Source: Acidimicrobiia bacterium
Lineage (GTDB): Bacteria > Actinomycetota > Acidimicrobiia > Spongiisociales > ZC4RG35
NCBI GenBank assembly: GCA_017577575.2
Contig: PKRG02000006.1
Span: 1,243-65,242, forward strand
DNA length: 64,000 nucleotides
Direction of reading: 5' to 3'
The position numbers and the translations under genes are program-made. Under the pieces are notes generated by a model. It did no database searches. It was not told the DNA's origin and worked only from the letters and a program-made list of their open reading frames with translations. Within the stretch, counting starts at the first letter, position 1; every line of letters starts with the position of its first letter. Shown here in pieces: positions 1-9,530 of this stretch.

Positions 1-221
1 TCGACTCCTCCGTCGACCGGGTCGAGATCCCCGCCAGCCGGAGGGTGCGCGTCCTGTTCGAGGCGTCCGCCGACGACTGGATCATCGAAGCCGCCCACCC
101 CGGCGACGTGGTGGTCACCTCCGATCGGCGCGTGCGGGAGGCGGCGGAGGAGCGGGGAGCGCAGGGGCTGTGGTCGGAGGCGCTCGTCGCCTGGATCGAC
201 GCCGGCTACACACTCACCTGA
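1..221 (+). CDS. 3' end of a YacP/NYN-like predicted RNA-binding protein (partial, runs off left edge)
   Basis: Open frame from the window edge to TGA at 219-221. The translated tail is ...VRVLFEASADDWIIEAAHPGDVVVTSDRRVREAAEERGAQ.... It resembles the C-terminal VxF..ADDxI...VVTSD block of YacP-type NYN proteins. This is recall only. Confidence 0.4.
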   Translation, partial: DSSVDRVEIPASRRVRVLFEASADDWIIEAAHPGDVVVTSDRRVREAAEERGAQGLWSEALVAWIDAGYTLT

Positions 222-256
222 AAGCAACCACTCGGCCGGCGTTTAGCATCGGCGGT

Positions 257-1492
257 ATGACGCCGGCTGTCGTGATCCTCGGTGGCGGATTCGGAGGCCT
301 GACTGCAGCGGCCGCCCTGGGCGACCGGGCGAGGGTCACGATCGTCTCGGACCAGAACTCCCTCCTGTTCACCCCGATGCTGGCCGAGGTCGCCGCCGGC
401 GATCTCGACCCCCGCCACATCATCACCCCGATCCGCCAGCTCGTGCCCAACGCCCGGGTGGTGGCGGGCGCGGTCGAGTCGGTCGACGTCGCCAGCCGCA
501 CCGTGAAGGTGGCGAGGCCCTTCGGCCTCCAGCCGATCGATATCCAGGCCGACGGCATCGTCGTCGCCTTGGGCTCGGTTCCCGCCACCTACGGGGTGGA
601 GGGGGTGGCCGAATGGGCGCTGCCGTTCAAGACGATCTCGGACGCCCTCCGCATCCGCAACCGGATCCTGGCCCTGTTGGAGACCGCCACGGAGGAGAGC
701 GACCGTCGCCTCACCCACGTCGTGATCGTCGGAGCCGGCTACTCGGGCGCCGAGCTCGCCGCGGCGCTCGCCGACCTCCTGGGGGAAGCGTCCCGCAAGT
801 TCTTCACGTCGGCGCCGCGCCCGGCCGTCACCCTCGTCGACGCCGTCGACCGGGTCGCCCCGACCCTGTCGCGCCGGCTCTCCGCCAAGGCCGAGGAGGC
901 CCTGACCCGCCGCGGGGTCGACCTGGTGCTGGGGGAGAAGGTGGAGTCGGTGGGGCGCCACGGCGTCACCCTCGAGTCGGGGAGGCAGATCGAAGCCGAG
1001 ACGGTCGTGTGGGCTGCCGGTGTCCGACCCAACCCCCTCGTGGAGGAGCTGGGGTTGCCGACCGAGAGAGGCCGCCTGGTCGTCGACGGCCACCTCCGGG
1101 CCGCTCCCGGAGTGTTCGCTCTCGGCGACGCCGCCCTGGTGCCCGACGGGCGGGGAGGGATCTCGCCTCCCACCGCCCAGTTCGCCTTGCGGCAGGGCAA
1201 GTACCTGGGAAAGCGCCTCCCGGCGCTCCTCGCCGGGGCCCGCGTGCCCGAGTTCAAGTACCGCAACTGGGGAGAGCTGGTCTCCCTCGGCCACCGCAAC
1301 GCCGTGGGGCAGGTGCTGGGGCTGCCGGTGTCGGGGTTCTTGGGATGGTTCCTCTATCGCAGCTACTACCTGCTGCGGCTGCCGTCGCTGATGCGCAAGG
1401 CACGCGTCGCCACCGACTGGGCGGTCGACTTGGTGTTCCCTCCCGACGTGGCCTGGCTGCCGTCGTCCGACCTGGGCCCCGACATCCGCTAG
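257..1492 (+). CDS. ndh: Type II NADH dehydrogenase / FAD-dependent pyridine nucleotide-disulfide oxidoreductase
   Basis: Two Rossmann motifs (VVILGGGFGG and VVIVGAGYSGAE) and a C-terminal LGDAA. ATG at 257 (MTPAVVILGGG) is preferred over the track's GTG at 170. A TAGCAT hexamer lies 7 nt upstream, so the gene may be leaderless. Confidence 0.8.
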   Translation: MTPAVVILGGGFGGLTAAAALGDRARVTIVSDQNSLLFTPMLAEVAAGDLDPRHIITPIRQLVPNARVVAGAVESVDVASRTVKVARPFGLQPIDIQADGIVVALGSVPATYGVEGVAEWALPFKTISDALRIRNRILALLETATEESDRRLTHVVIVGAGYSGAELAAALADLLGEASRKFFTSAPRPAVTLVDAVDRVAPTLSRRLSAKAEEALTRRGVDLVLGEKVESVGRHGVTLESGRQIEAETVVWAAGVRPNPLVEELGLPTERGRLVVDGHLRAAPGVFALGDAALVPDGRGGISPPTAQFALRQGKYLGKRLPALLAGARVPEFKYRNWGELVSLGHRNAVGQVLGLPVSGFLGWFLYRSYYLLRLPSLMRKARVATDWAVDLVFPPDVAWLPSSDLGPDIR

Positions 1493-2577
1493 GTCCCGCC
1501 CAGCTCCGCTTCCAGCTCGGCCCGCACCTCCGGGTGCCGCTCGCGGGCGTACAGCTGTTCCAGCACCGGGAGCACCGCCGCCCCGCCGATGCGGGCCAGC
1601 GCCCATACGGCGTGAGCGCGCAGCAGCCAGTCGGGATGGCCGGCGTGGAGAGCCACCGGCTCGAGGAGGGAGGGGTCCCCGTCGTTTCCCATCGCCACCA
1701 GGGCGTTGCGGCGGAGGAAGCGAGGCGAGCGGCGGGGGAGATAGAAGTGGGAGAAGCGCTCCAGCAGCGTCTCGTCGGCGGCCTCCAGCACCCACCGCAG
1801 GTCGACGCTTCCCCGTTCGGCGCGGGAGCGGATCGTGAGCCGGGTGCCGGGCGGGCAGGCGTCGAGGCAGTCGTCGCAGCCGTACAGGCGGTCGCCCATC
1901 GGCTCCCGCAGCTCCCGGGGGATCACTCCGGGCGACTGGGCGATGGCGGCCAGGCAGCGCCGGGCGTCGAGGACCCCGGGCGCCACGATGGCCCCCGTGG
2001 GGCAGGCGGGAATGCAGGCATCACACGTCCCGCAGCTCCGCTTCATCGGCTGGTCGGCTTCCAGGTCGGCGTCGGTCACCACCGAGCCGATCACGAACCA
2101 CGGCCCCAGCCCGGGCGTGATCGCCATGGTCGACTTGCCCCACCACGCCACCCCGGCCCGTATCGCCGCTGCCCGGTCGACCAGGCGGTCGTCGTCGGCC
2201 AGCACCTCGGCCCTGGCCCCCGCGGCGCGGAGCACCTCGGCCACCGCTTCCAGGCCCCGGCGCAGGGGCGGGTAGGGGTCGTCGACGGCGAAGCGGGCTA
2301 TCCGCCCGTGGCCGGGCCGCCGCGGGGGAGTTCCCGCCTCGGGGAGGTAGGAGCGGATCCCCACCACCAGCCGCCGCGCCCACGGAAAGCTCCTGTGCAC
2401 GTCCGTGGCCGTCGCCGGGTCCTTGAAGGTGAAACGGAGCCGGCCGGTTCGTCCCTCGGCGAGGCGCTGGTCCATCGCCCGGCGGACGTCGTCGAACGGC
2501 TCGGCGGTCGCCACGCCGATGCGGTCGAGGCCGGCGGCGAGGCCCGCCTGGAAGGCACGTGCCCGCAGGTCCACCAC
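1489..2577 (-). CDS. queG: tRNA epoxyqueuosine(34) reductase QueG
   Basis: Two 4Fe-4S ferredoxin motifs (CGTCDACIPACPTGA and CDDCLDACPPG), a WWGKST block and a HEAT-like C-terminus. The 362 aa length is typical of QueG. Confidence 0.85.
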   Translation of the reverse strand: MVDLRARAFQAGLAAGLDRIGVATAEPFDDVRRAMDQRLAEGRTGRLRFTFKDPATATDVHRSFPWARRLVVGIRSYLPEAGTPPRRPGHGRIARFAVDDPYPPLRRGLEAVAEVLRAAGARAEVLADDDRLVDRAAAIRAGVAWWGKSTMAITPGLGPWFVIGSVVTDADLEADQPMKRSCGTCDACIPACPTGAIVAPGVLDARRCLAAIAQSPGVIPRELREPMGDRLYGCDDCLDACPPGTRLTIRSRAERGSVDLRWVLEAADETLLERFSHFYLPRRSPRFLRRNALVAMGNDGDPSLLEPVALHAGHPDWLLRAHAVWALARIGGAAVLPVLEQLYARERHPEVRAELEAELGGT

Positions 2578-2613
2578 CCCAGCGTATGCCGTCCCCCGGG
2601 CCGAGCCGAACGC

Positions 2614-2793
2614 TCAACCCGCCTTCGGCACCAGCCGCAGCGGCGGGCACAGACCCTGGGCCGCCAGGTTGTCGAGGGCTGCGCGCTCGCTGTCGTCGAT
2701 CTCGACCGGGGTCGACCCGAGGATCACCGACACGACGCAGTCGTCGCAGGCGTCGGTGCCGCGCATGCAGCACGTCTCACAGTCGATGAGCAT
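2614..2793 (-). CDS. Small cysteine-rich protein (59 aa), function unknown
   Basis: Internal ATG at 2793 in the C-terminal part of track ORF 2614..5280. The upstream part of that ORF is Arg/Pro-rich out-of-frame overlap with glgP. Product is MLIDCETCCMRGTDACDDCVV..., with 6 Cys in the first 19 residues. The codon pattern is consistent with the neighbouring genes. Confidence 0.6.
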   Translation of the reverse strand: MLIDCETCCMRGTDACDDCVVSVILGSTPVEIDDSERAALDNLAAQGLCPPLRLVPKAG

Positions 2794-2823
2794 GCCGCCA
2801 ACGTACGGAACCGCTGGGACAGA
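2794..2823 (-). promoter_or_regulatory. Putative leaderless promoter with upstream TCTGTCCCAGC element
   Basis: Minus-strand sequence is TCTGTCCCAGCGGTTCCGTACGTTGGCGGC followed by ATG. The TACGTT (TANNNT) hexamer lies 6 nt before the ATG and there is no SD. It is 23/30 identical to 14534..14563. Confidence 0.45.
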
Positions 2824-2828
2824 AACTC

Positions 2829-4949
2829 TCAGCCGCGGGCGAGCGGCAGGTAGGCGCGCTGCAGATACTCGGCGACCATGCGGTCGGACGAGAACCGGAC
2901 CAGGGACGAAGTGATCGAGCGGCGCATCTTCTCCACCCACGCCTTGGGGATGCCGTCGTCGCCCCGGTCGTAGTAGAGCGGCGCCACCTCGTCGGCGAGC
3001 ACCCGGTAGAAGTCGTCGGCGTCGTGGCGGTCGGCGGCCTCGTAGTCGTCGAATGGCTCGGCGTGGCCGAAGGCCCACCCGTTTTCGCCGTCGTAGCCTT
3101 CCGCCCACCACCCGTCCAGCACCGACAGGTTCAACACCCCGTTCATCGCCGCTTTCATGCCCGACGTCCCCGAGGCCTCCATCGGCGGACGGGGGTTGTT
3201 GACCCACACGTCGCTTCCCTGGACGAGGAAGCGGGCCATCCGGGCGTCGTAGTCCTCGACCACGAACAGCCGCCCCGCCAGGCCGGGGGTGCGGGAGAGC
3301 TCGACGAGGTGGCGGATGAGCGCCTGGCCGTGCTCGTCGGCGGGGTGGGCCTTGCCGGCGAAGATCAGCTGGATGGGCCGTGCCTCGCTGGCGGCTATCG
3401 AGACGAGGCGATCGACGTCCCGGAACATCAGAGTCGCCCGTTTGTAGGTGGCGAACCGGCGGGCGAAACCCAGGGTGAGGACGTCCGGTGACAAGAGACG
3501 GTCCACGGCTCGCAGGTCGTCGGGGCTGCCGCCGTGACGGGCGATCTGGCGTTGGAGCCGGCCGCGGACGAACGTGACCAGCACCTCCTTGCGCACCTGG
3601 TGGAGGTTCCACAGCTCTTCGTCCGAGAGGGCGTCGACCTGTTCCAGGTCCTCGGGGTGCTCCAGCAGGTGCACGGACCAGCCGCTGCCGAAGCGGCTCC
3701 GCAACAGCCGCGACGCTCCCCGGCCCACCCACGTCGGCGGATGGACGCCGTTGGTGATCGCTTCCGCCTCGTGGCCGATCAGCCACGACCAGTCGCGGGT
3801 CACCACCTCGCCGTGCCGCTGGGAGACGCCGTTGACGAACGACGAGAAGCGGATGGCGAGGGCACCCATGTCGAACAGGTTCGGGTCGTGCGCCCGGGCC
3901 AGCTCGCCCAGGCCGGCCATGTCGACTCCCAGGCGGGCGGCCCACGGCGGAAGGTACTTGTCGGGGATGGCCCGCTCGAACGTCTCGTTGCCGGCGGGAA
4001 CGGGCGTGTGCAAGGTGAAGACGGTGCGGCGGCGGATCGCCTCCCGGGCCTCTTCCAGCGTCGACCCGGCCTCCACGAGGCGGGCGGCGCGCTCGATGAC
4101 GGACAGGGCGGCGTGGCCCTCGTTGGCGTGCCACACCGCCGGCTCGATCCCGAGGGCGTCGAGGACCCGGACGGCGCCGACACCGAGCACCAGCTCCTGG
4201 AGGAACCGCATCTCCCGGCCCCGGACGTACAGCGTATGGGTGATCGGCCGGTCGGCCGGGTCGTTCTCGGGGAGGTCGGTGTCCAAGAGGATGAGCGGAA
4301 CCCGTCCCACCGCCAGGCGCCACGCGGCCACGGCGACCGACCGCCCCGGGAGCTCGACCTCGACGTGGAGCTGGCCACCGCCGGGCGCCGCCACCGGGTT
4401 GATGGGGAGCCGATGCTCGTCGAGCACCGGTGAGATGTGCTGCTGGTCGCCGTCGGCGTCGATCTCCTGGCGGAAGTAGCCCCGGCGGTAGAAGAGGCCG
4501 ACACCGACGAGGGGGATGCCCAGGTCGGAAGCCGACTTCAGGTGGTCGCCGGCGAGGATCCCCAGGCCCCCCGAGTAGAGGGGGATCGTGTTGTGGACGC
4601 CGAACTCGGTGCACAGGTAGGCCACCGGCGCCTCGAGGTCGCCGCCGTGGCGGGTGTACCAGGTGTCCTCGGCGCCCAGGTACTCGTCGAATCGCCGGAC
4701 CGCCTCCCGGTACCGCTCCTGGACGTTCTCCCGGGACTCCAGCTCGGTCCAGCGGTGCCGTTCGGTGCGGTGGAGGATGTCGATCGGGTTGTGGGTCGCC
4801 TCCCACTGGTCTGGGTCGATCGCCGACCACAGGGCGCGACCGGTGTCGTGCCACGTCCACCAGAGGTTGTGGGCGATGTCGACCACCCGGTCGAAGGACC
4901 GGGGCACGGGGAACTCGACGTGGTTGATCACAGGGATACGGGACAGCAA
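2829..4949 (-). CDS. glgP: Alpha-glucan (glycogen/maltodextrin) phosphorylase, GT35 family
   Basis: 706 aa. Motifs GGLGILAGDHLKSASDLGIPLVGVGLFYRRGYFRQ and EASGTSGMKAAMNG (PLP lysine region). Confidence 0.9.
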   Translation of the reverse strand: MLSRIPVINHVEFPVPRSFDRVVDIAHNLWWTWHDTGRALWSAIDPDQWEATHNPIDILHRTERHRWTELESRENVQERYREAVRRFDEYLGAEDTWYTRHGGDLEAPVAYLCTEFGVHNTIPLYSGGLGILAGDHLKSASDLGIPLVGVGLFYRRGYFRQEIDADGDQQHISPVLDEHRLPINPVAAPGGGQLHVEVELPGRSVAVAAWRLAVGRVPLILLDTDLPENDPADRPITHTLYVRGREMRFLQELVLGVGAVRVLDALGIEPAVWHANEGHAALSVIERAARLVEAGSTLEEAREAIRRRTVFTLHTPVPAGNETFERAIPDKYLPPWAARLGVDMAGLGELARAHDPNLFDMGALAIRFSSFVNGVSQRHGEVVTRDWSWLIGHEAEAITNGVHPPTWVGRGASRLLRSRFGSGWSVHLLEHPEDLEQVDALSDEELWNLHQVRKEVLVTFVRGRLQRQIARHGGSPDDLRAVDRLLSPDVLTLGFARRFATYKRATLMFRDVDRLVSIAASEARPIQLIFAGKAHPADEHGQALIRHLVELSRTPGLAGRLFVVEDYDARMARFLVQGSDVWVNNPRPPMEASGTSGMKAAMNGVLNLSVLDGWWAEGYDGENGWAFGHAEPFDDYEAADRHDADDFYRVLADEVAPLYYDRGDDGIPKAWVEKMRRSITSSLVRFSSDRMVAEYLQRAYLPLARG

Positions 4950-5029
4950 GAGAGGCGCTCGATGGTCGGGAGTTCCGAGAATAGGGTCGCGGTGACCCGT
5001 GTCGGTCCTGGCACCATATCATCACCACC

Positions 5030-6697
5030 ATGACCCACAAGATCCACTCCCAGGATGTGACCGAAGGTCCCGCCAAGGCCGCGGCCCGAGCGATGCTGCG
5101 GGCGGTCGGCCTCAGCGAGGAGGACTTCTCCAAACCGCAGGTGGGAGTGGTGTCGGCCGGCAACGAGGTGACTCCCTGCAACCTGAGCGGCCCCGAGCTG
5201 GCCGCGGCGGCCAAAGAGGGCGTCATCGCCGCCGGGGGAGTGGGTCTGACGTTCGCCACCATCGCCGTGTCCGACGGCATCTCGATGGGTCACGAGGGGA
5301 TGCGCGCATCGCTCGTGTCCCGGGAGGTCATCGCCGACTCGGTCGAGCTGGTGATGCACGCCGAGCGGTTCGACGCCATGGTGACCATCGCCGGCTGCGA
5401 CAAGTCGCTGCCGGGGATGCTGATGGCGGCCGCCCGCCTCAACCTGCCGGCGGTGTTCCTCTACGGAGGCTCCAGCCTCCCCGGTCGCTACCGGGGCCGC
5501 GACATCTCGATCGTCGACGTGTTCGAGGGCATCGGCGCCCTGTCCGAGGGGCGGATCGAAGAGTCCGACCTGCTCGAGCTGGAGCGGAGCGCCTGTCCCG
5601 GCGCCGGCTCGTGCGCCGGCATGTTCACCGCCAACACGATGGCGTCGGTGGGGGAGGCGATCGGCATGTCGCTTCCCGGCTCGGCGTCGGTGCCGGCAGT
5701 CGACCCGCGCCTGCGGGAATACGCCCGCCGGTCCGGCGAGGCTGCCATGCGCCTGCTCGAGGAGAACATCCGGCCCCGCCAGATCATGACCCGCCCGGCG
5801 TTCGAGAACGCCATCACCACGGTGATGGCGCTCGGGGGCTCCACCAACGCCGTCTTGCACCTGATGGCCATCGCCCACGAGGCAGGCGTGGAGCTGGAGC
5901 TCGAGGACTTCGACCGGATCAGCCGCCGCACCCCCCACATCGGCGACCTGAAGCCTTTCGGCCGCTACCACATGGTCGATCTCGACCGGATCGGTGGGGT
6001 GCCGGTGGTGCTGAAGGCGCTGCTCGACGAGGGCCTGCTCCACGGCGACGTGCTCACCGTCACCGGCAAGACCCTGGCCGAGAACGTGGCCGACGTCGAG
6101 TTCCCCGCCGACCAGGACGTCATCTATCCGCCTTCGAACCCGATCGCCTCCGAAGGCGGCATCGCCGTCCTCCGCGGCACGCTCGCCCCCCAGGGCGCGG
6201 TGGTGAAGGTGGCGGGCATCGAGTTGGACGAGTTCGAAGGGCCGGCCCGTGTCTTCGACGGCGAGCAGGCCGCCCTCGAGGCCCTGTTCAACCACCAGAT
6301 CCGCCCCGGTGACGTGGTGGTGATCCGCACCGAAGGCCCCAAGGGCGGGCCGGGCATGCGGGAGATGCTCCAGATCACCGCCGCCATCAAGGGCGCCGGC
6401 CTCGGAAAAGACGTCCTGTTGGTCACCGACGGGCGATTCTCCGGCGGCACCACCGGCCTGTGCATCGGCCACGTCGCCCCCGAATCGGAGGTGGGTGGCC
6501 CGATCGGCCTCGTCCAGGACGGCGACACCATCCGGGTGCGCCTCTCCACCCGCACTCTCGACCTGATGGTGGACGAGGAGACGCTGGCGGAGCGGCGGGC
6601 CGACTGGAAGCCCCACGAGCCCCGCTACACGTCGGGGGTGCTGGCCAAGTACGCCCGCCTCGTCGGCTCCGCCGAGCACGGCGCCGTGACCAGCTGA
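5030..6697 (+). CDS. ilvD: Dihydroxy-acid dehydratase
   Basis: 555 aa. Motifs [25 protein letters not shown] and a [10 protein letters not shown]-terminal block. Confidence 0.95.
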   Translation: MTHKIHSQDVTEGPAKAAARAMLRAVGLSEEDFSKPQVGVVSAGNEVTPCNLSGPELAAAAKEGVIAAGGVGLTFATIAVSDGISMGHEGMRASLVSREVIADSVELVMHAERFDAMVTIAGCDKSLPGMLMAAARLNLPAVFLYGGSSLPGRYRGRDISIVDVFEGIGALSEGRIEESDLLELERSACPGAGSCAGMFTANTMASVGEAIGMSLPGSASVPAVDPRLREYARRSGEAAMRLLEENIRPRQIMTRPAFENAITTVMALGGSTNAVLHLMAIAHEAGVELELEDFDRISRRTPHIGDLKPFGRYHMVDLDRIGGVPVVLKALLDEGLLHGDVLTVTGKTLAENVADVEFPADQDVIYPPSNPIASEGGIAVLRGTLAPQGAVVKVAGIELDEFEGPARVFDGEQAALEALFNHQIRPGDVVVIRTEGPKGGPGMREMLQITAAIKGAGLGKDVLLVTDGRFSGGTTGLCIGHVAPESEVGGPIGLVQDGDTIRVRLSTRTLDLMVDEETLAERRADWKPHEPRYTSGVLAKYARLVGSAEHGAVTS

Positions 6698-6735
6698 GTC
6701 GAGGCTCCGGCGCAGGCCGGCCCTAATCTCAGAAC

Positions 6736-7050
6736 GTGGTCAAGGTCTACGCGGTGGTGCTGGTCGTCGGGGTGGTCGCCCTGTTCGCCTGGGTGATCGC
6801 CCGGGCGTTCGCCGTCAACATCGAACGGCCCTCGATCGACCCGGAGGAGAGATTCGGGGTCCGCGGCCGCCGGGTGGTGGCGGCCATGGTCGGCTTCGGG
6901 ATGGCCGGGATGTCCGCCGAGTTCTCGCCCCTCGGCATCCCCTGGCCGCTGGCCCTGGCGCTGGCGCTGCTGGGGGCGGCCGCCGCCGTCTGGTACGCCG
7001 GGTGGGCCGGCCGCGACGACCCGGCGTCCCCCGAAACGGAGATCGGCTAG
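6736..7050 (+). CDS. Small membrane protein, function unknown
   Basis: 104 aa with two clear hydrophobic spans (VVLVVGVVALFAWVIA and PWPLALALALLGAAAAVWY). GTG start. Confidence 0.5.
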   Translation: MVKVYAVVLVVGVVALFAWVIARAFAVNIERPSIDPEERFGVRGRRVVAAMVGFGMAGMSAEFSPLGIPWPLALALALLGAAAAVWYAGWAGRDDPASPETEIG

Positions 7051-7052
7051 GC

Positions 7053-7832
7053 GTGCTCGTCGTCTCCGACGTGCACGGCGAATTCGAGGCTCTCGCCCGT
7101 CTGGCGGCGACCGGCGAGACCCTCCTGGTCCTCGGCGACGTCGTGAACCTCATCGACTACCGCACCGGCGAGGGGATCATCTCCGACGTCATGGGCGAGG
7201 AGTTCGGCCGTCGGGTGTCCCAGCACCGGGGCGACTCCGACTACGAGGCGATGCGGGCCCTGTGGGCCGAGGGGATGGCCGGACGGGCCGAGGAGCTGCG
7301 GGCGGCGATGGCCGAGGGGGTCAGGAAACAGTACGCCGCCTTCCGGGAAGCCGTCGCCGGCGCGGTCGGCTACGTCACCTACGGCAACGTCGACACCCCC
7401 GAGCTGCTGGCCGAGTACCTGCCGGAAGGGATGCGCTTCGTCGACGGCGAGGTGGTGGAGATCGACGGGCTCACGTTCGGCTTCGCCGGAGGGGGCATCG
7501 CCACCCCCGGCCGGGGCAGGGGAGAGGTGACCGAGGAGGCGATGGCCGAGAAGCTGGAGAAGATGGGCCCGGTCGACGTCCTGTGCACCCACCTCTCGCC
7601 GGCCGTCCGGCCCCTCCACTACGACGTGATCACCGGCCGGCTGGAGCGCTCCTCGCGGCCGATCCTCGAGTACATCCTCGAGTACCAGCCGAGATTCCAC
7701 CTGTTCGGCGACATCCACCAGCCCCAGGCCACCCGGTGGCGGGTCGGCTCGACCCTCTGTCAGAACGTCGGCTACTTTCGGGCTACGCGACGGGCGTTTC
7801 GCTTCGATCCGGCGGCTGCCATCGCTAGCTGA
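7053..7832 (+). CDS. Metallophosphoesterase family protein
   Basis: Starts VLVVSDVHGE and continues ...LVLGDVVN..., the calcineurin-like phosphoesterase motifs I and II. GTG at 7053 is preferred to the track start at 7002, which overlaps the previous gene. Confidence 0.7.
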   Translation: MLVVSDVHGEFEALARLAATGETLLVLGDVVNLIDYRTGEGIISDVMGEEFGRRVSQHRGDSDYEAMRALWAEGMAGRAEELRAAMAEGVRKQYAAFREAVAGAVGYVTYGNVDTPELLAEYLPEGMRFVDGEVVEIDGLTFGFAGGGIATPGRGRGEVTEEAMAEKLEKMGPVDVLCTHLSPAVRPLHYDVITGRLERSSRPILEYILEYQPRFHLFGDIHQPQATRWRVGSTLCQNVGYFRATRRAFRFDPAAAIAS

Positions 7833-7896
7833 CCGTCCGTTTGCGCAGCGCACACAGGCGTTAGCAAATCGCGAGCAGCGAGTACGATTAGGAGGG

Positions 7897-8352
7897 ATGA
7901 AACCGGCGATGGCAGAGAGCACAGTCCATTCGATCGAGATCGACGCCCCCGCCGCCGCCTGTTTCGAGGTCGCGGCCGACGTCGAGTCCTACCCGGAGTG
8001 GGCGGCGGGCGTCAAGCAGGTGGAGGTCCTCGAGGAGGACTCCGAGGGCCGGCCGCTGCGGGCGGCTTTCGTGCTCGAAGGCTTCGTCAAGGAGATCTCC
8101 TACGAGCTCACCTACGACTACGACCCCCCGCACCGGATGTCGTGGAGGGCCGACCCCAGCCCCGACATCGCCATGCTCGAGGGCTCCTACACGTTCAACG
8201 AGACCGAGGAAGGCGCCACCGAGGTCGTCTACGCCCTTTCGGTCATCCCCTCGTTCAACCTCCCCGGTTTCGTCCGGCGCCAGGCCGAGAAGCAGATCGT
8301 CACGACCGCCCTGCGAGGACTGCGCAGACGGGTGCAAGAGCGCGTCACCTGA
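7897..8352 (+). CDS. SRPBCC (cyclase/dehydrase, START-like) family protein
   Basis: 151 aa. The N-terminal pattern VHSIEIDAPAAACFEVAADVESYPEWA is typical of polyketide-cyclase/SRPBCC folds. AGGAGGG SD lies before the ATG. Confidence 0.7.
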   Translation: MKPAMAESTVHSIEIDAPAAACFEVAADVESYPEWAAGVKQVEVLEEDSEGRPLRAAFVLEGFVKEISYELTYDYDPPHRMSWRADPSPDIAMLEGSYTFNETEEGATEVVYALSVIPSFNLPGFVRRQAEKQIVTTALRGLRRRVQERVT

Positions 8353-8354
8353 CG

Positions 8355-9530
8355 ATGGCCGTGCGCATCGTCCTGGTGACGGGCAAAGGCGGGGTGGGAA
8401 AGACCACCGTCGCCGCCGCCACCGCCCTCGCCTCCGCCGATGCCGGCCACCGCACGCTCGTCTCGTCCACCGACCCGGCCCATTCGCTCGCCGACGCCTT
8501 CGACGTGGAGCTGGCCGACGACCCCACCGAGATCGCCCCGGGCCTCTTTGGCCAGCAGATCGACACCCAACGGCAGCTCGACAGGTATTGGGGGACGATC
8601 CGCGACCAGCTCATGAACGTCCTCGACTGGGGCGGGGTGTCGGGCCTCGAAGCCGAGGAGTTCCTGGTGTTCCCCGGCATGGACGAGCTGTTCGCCCTCC
8701 TCGAGGTCAACCGGCACGCCCGGTCGGGCGCTTACGACGCCATCGTCGTGGACTGCGCCCCCACCGCCGAGACCCTCAGGCTGCTCTCCCTGCCCGAGGT
8801 CCTCTCCTGGTACTTCGAGCGGATCCTCCCCACCGAACGGCGCATCCTCCGCGCCGCCCGGCCGCTCCTCACCCGGGTGACGGATCTGCCCGTGCCCGAA
8901 GAAGGGGTGTTCGACGCTGCCACCACCGTGTTCAGCGGCATCGAACAGGTGAAGGAGCTGCTCGCCGATCCCGAGGTAACCTCCGCCCGGTTGGTCGTCA
9001 ACCCCGAGAAGATGGTCATCGACGAGGCGCGCCGCACGTACACCTACCTGTCCCTCTTCGGCTACGGCGTCGACGGCGTCGTCGTCAACCGCGTGCTTCC
9101 CGAGCAGGTCTCCGACCCCTACTTCTCGCGGTGGCGCACCATCCAGAAATCCCACCTCGACACCGTCGACGCCGCGTTCGCCGACGTGCCCCGGCTGCGG
9201 CTCCGCCTGTTCGACGAGGAGATGGTGGGAGTCGGGCGGCTGCGGACCATGGCCGAAGAGCTCTACGGCGACGCCGACCCGGTTCTCGACTTCAGGGCTC
9301 GCAACCCGTTCCGGGTGGAAGACCGCGACGGCGAGGTGGTCCTGGAGATGGCCGTGCCGTTCGCAGACAAGGGCGACCTCGACGTCTACCGTCACGGCAA
9401 CGAGCTCTTCATCCAGGTCGGCCCCTACCGGCGCTCGTTCCTGCTGCCCGACAGCCTCCACCGCCGCCAGGTGGCGGGAGCCAAGCTCGCCGACGGTGTC
9501 CTGTCCATCCGGTTCGGGGAGGTGACATGA
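8355..9530 (+). CDS. ArsA/GET3-like P-loop ATPase with C-terminal HSP20-like domain
   Basis: MAVRIVLVTGKGGVGKTTVAAATA deviant Walker A and a DPAHSL block. The C-terminal ~70 aa (VVLEMAVPFADKGDLDVYRHGNELFIQVGPYRRSFLLPD...LSIRFGE) looks like an alpha-crystallin/ArsA_HSP20 fold. Confidence 0.8.
   Translation: MAVRIVLVTGKGGVGKTTVAAATALASADAGHRTLVSSTDPAHSLADAFDVELADDPTEIAPGLFGQQIDTQRQLDRYWGTIRDQLMNVLDWGGVSGLEAEEFLVFPGMDELFALLEVNRHARSGAYDAIVVDCAPTAETLRLLSLPEVLSWYFERILPTERRILRAARPLLTRVTDLPVPEEGVFDAATTVFSGIEQVKELLADPEVTSARLVVNPEKMVIDEARRTYTYLSLFGYGVDGVVVNRVLPEQVSDPYFSRWRTIQKSHLDTVDAAFADVPRLRLRLFDEEMVGVGRLRTMAEELYGDADPVLDFRARNPFRVEDRDGEVVLEMAVPFADKGDLDVYRHGNELFIQVGPYRRSFLLPDSLHRRQVAGAKLADGVLSIRFGEVT

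Noticed and set aside
206-6679. Long alternative-frame or antisense ORFs in the track, for example 206..1795(-), 613..2853(+), the upstream 2794..5280 part of 2614..5280(-), and 4928..6679(-).
   Set aside because: Their translations are dominated by Arg, Pro, Gly and Ala runs, which is typical of off-frame reading of ~70% G+C coding DNA. Each fully overlaps a gene with strong family motifs (ndh, queG, glgP, ilvD).
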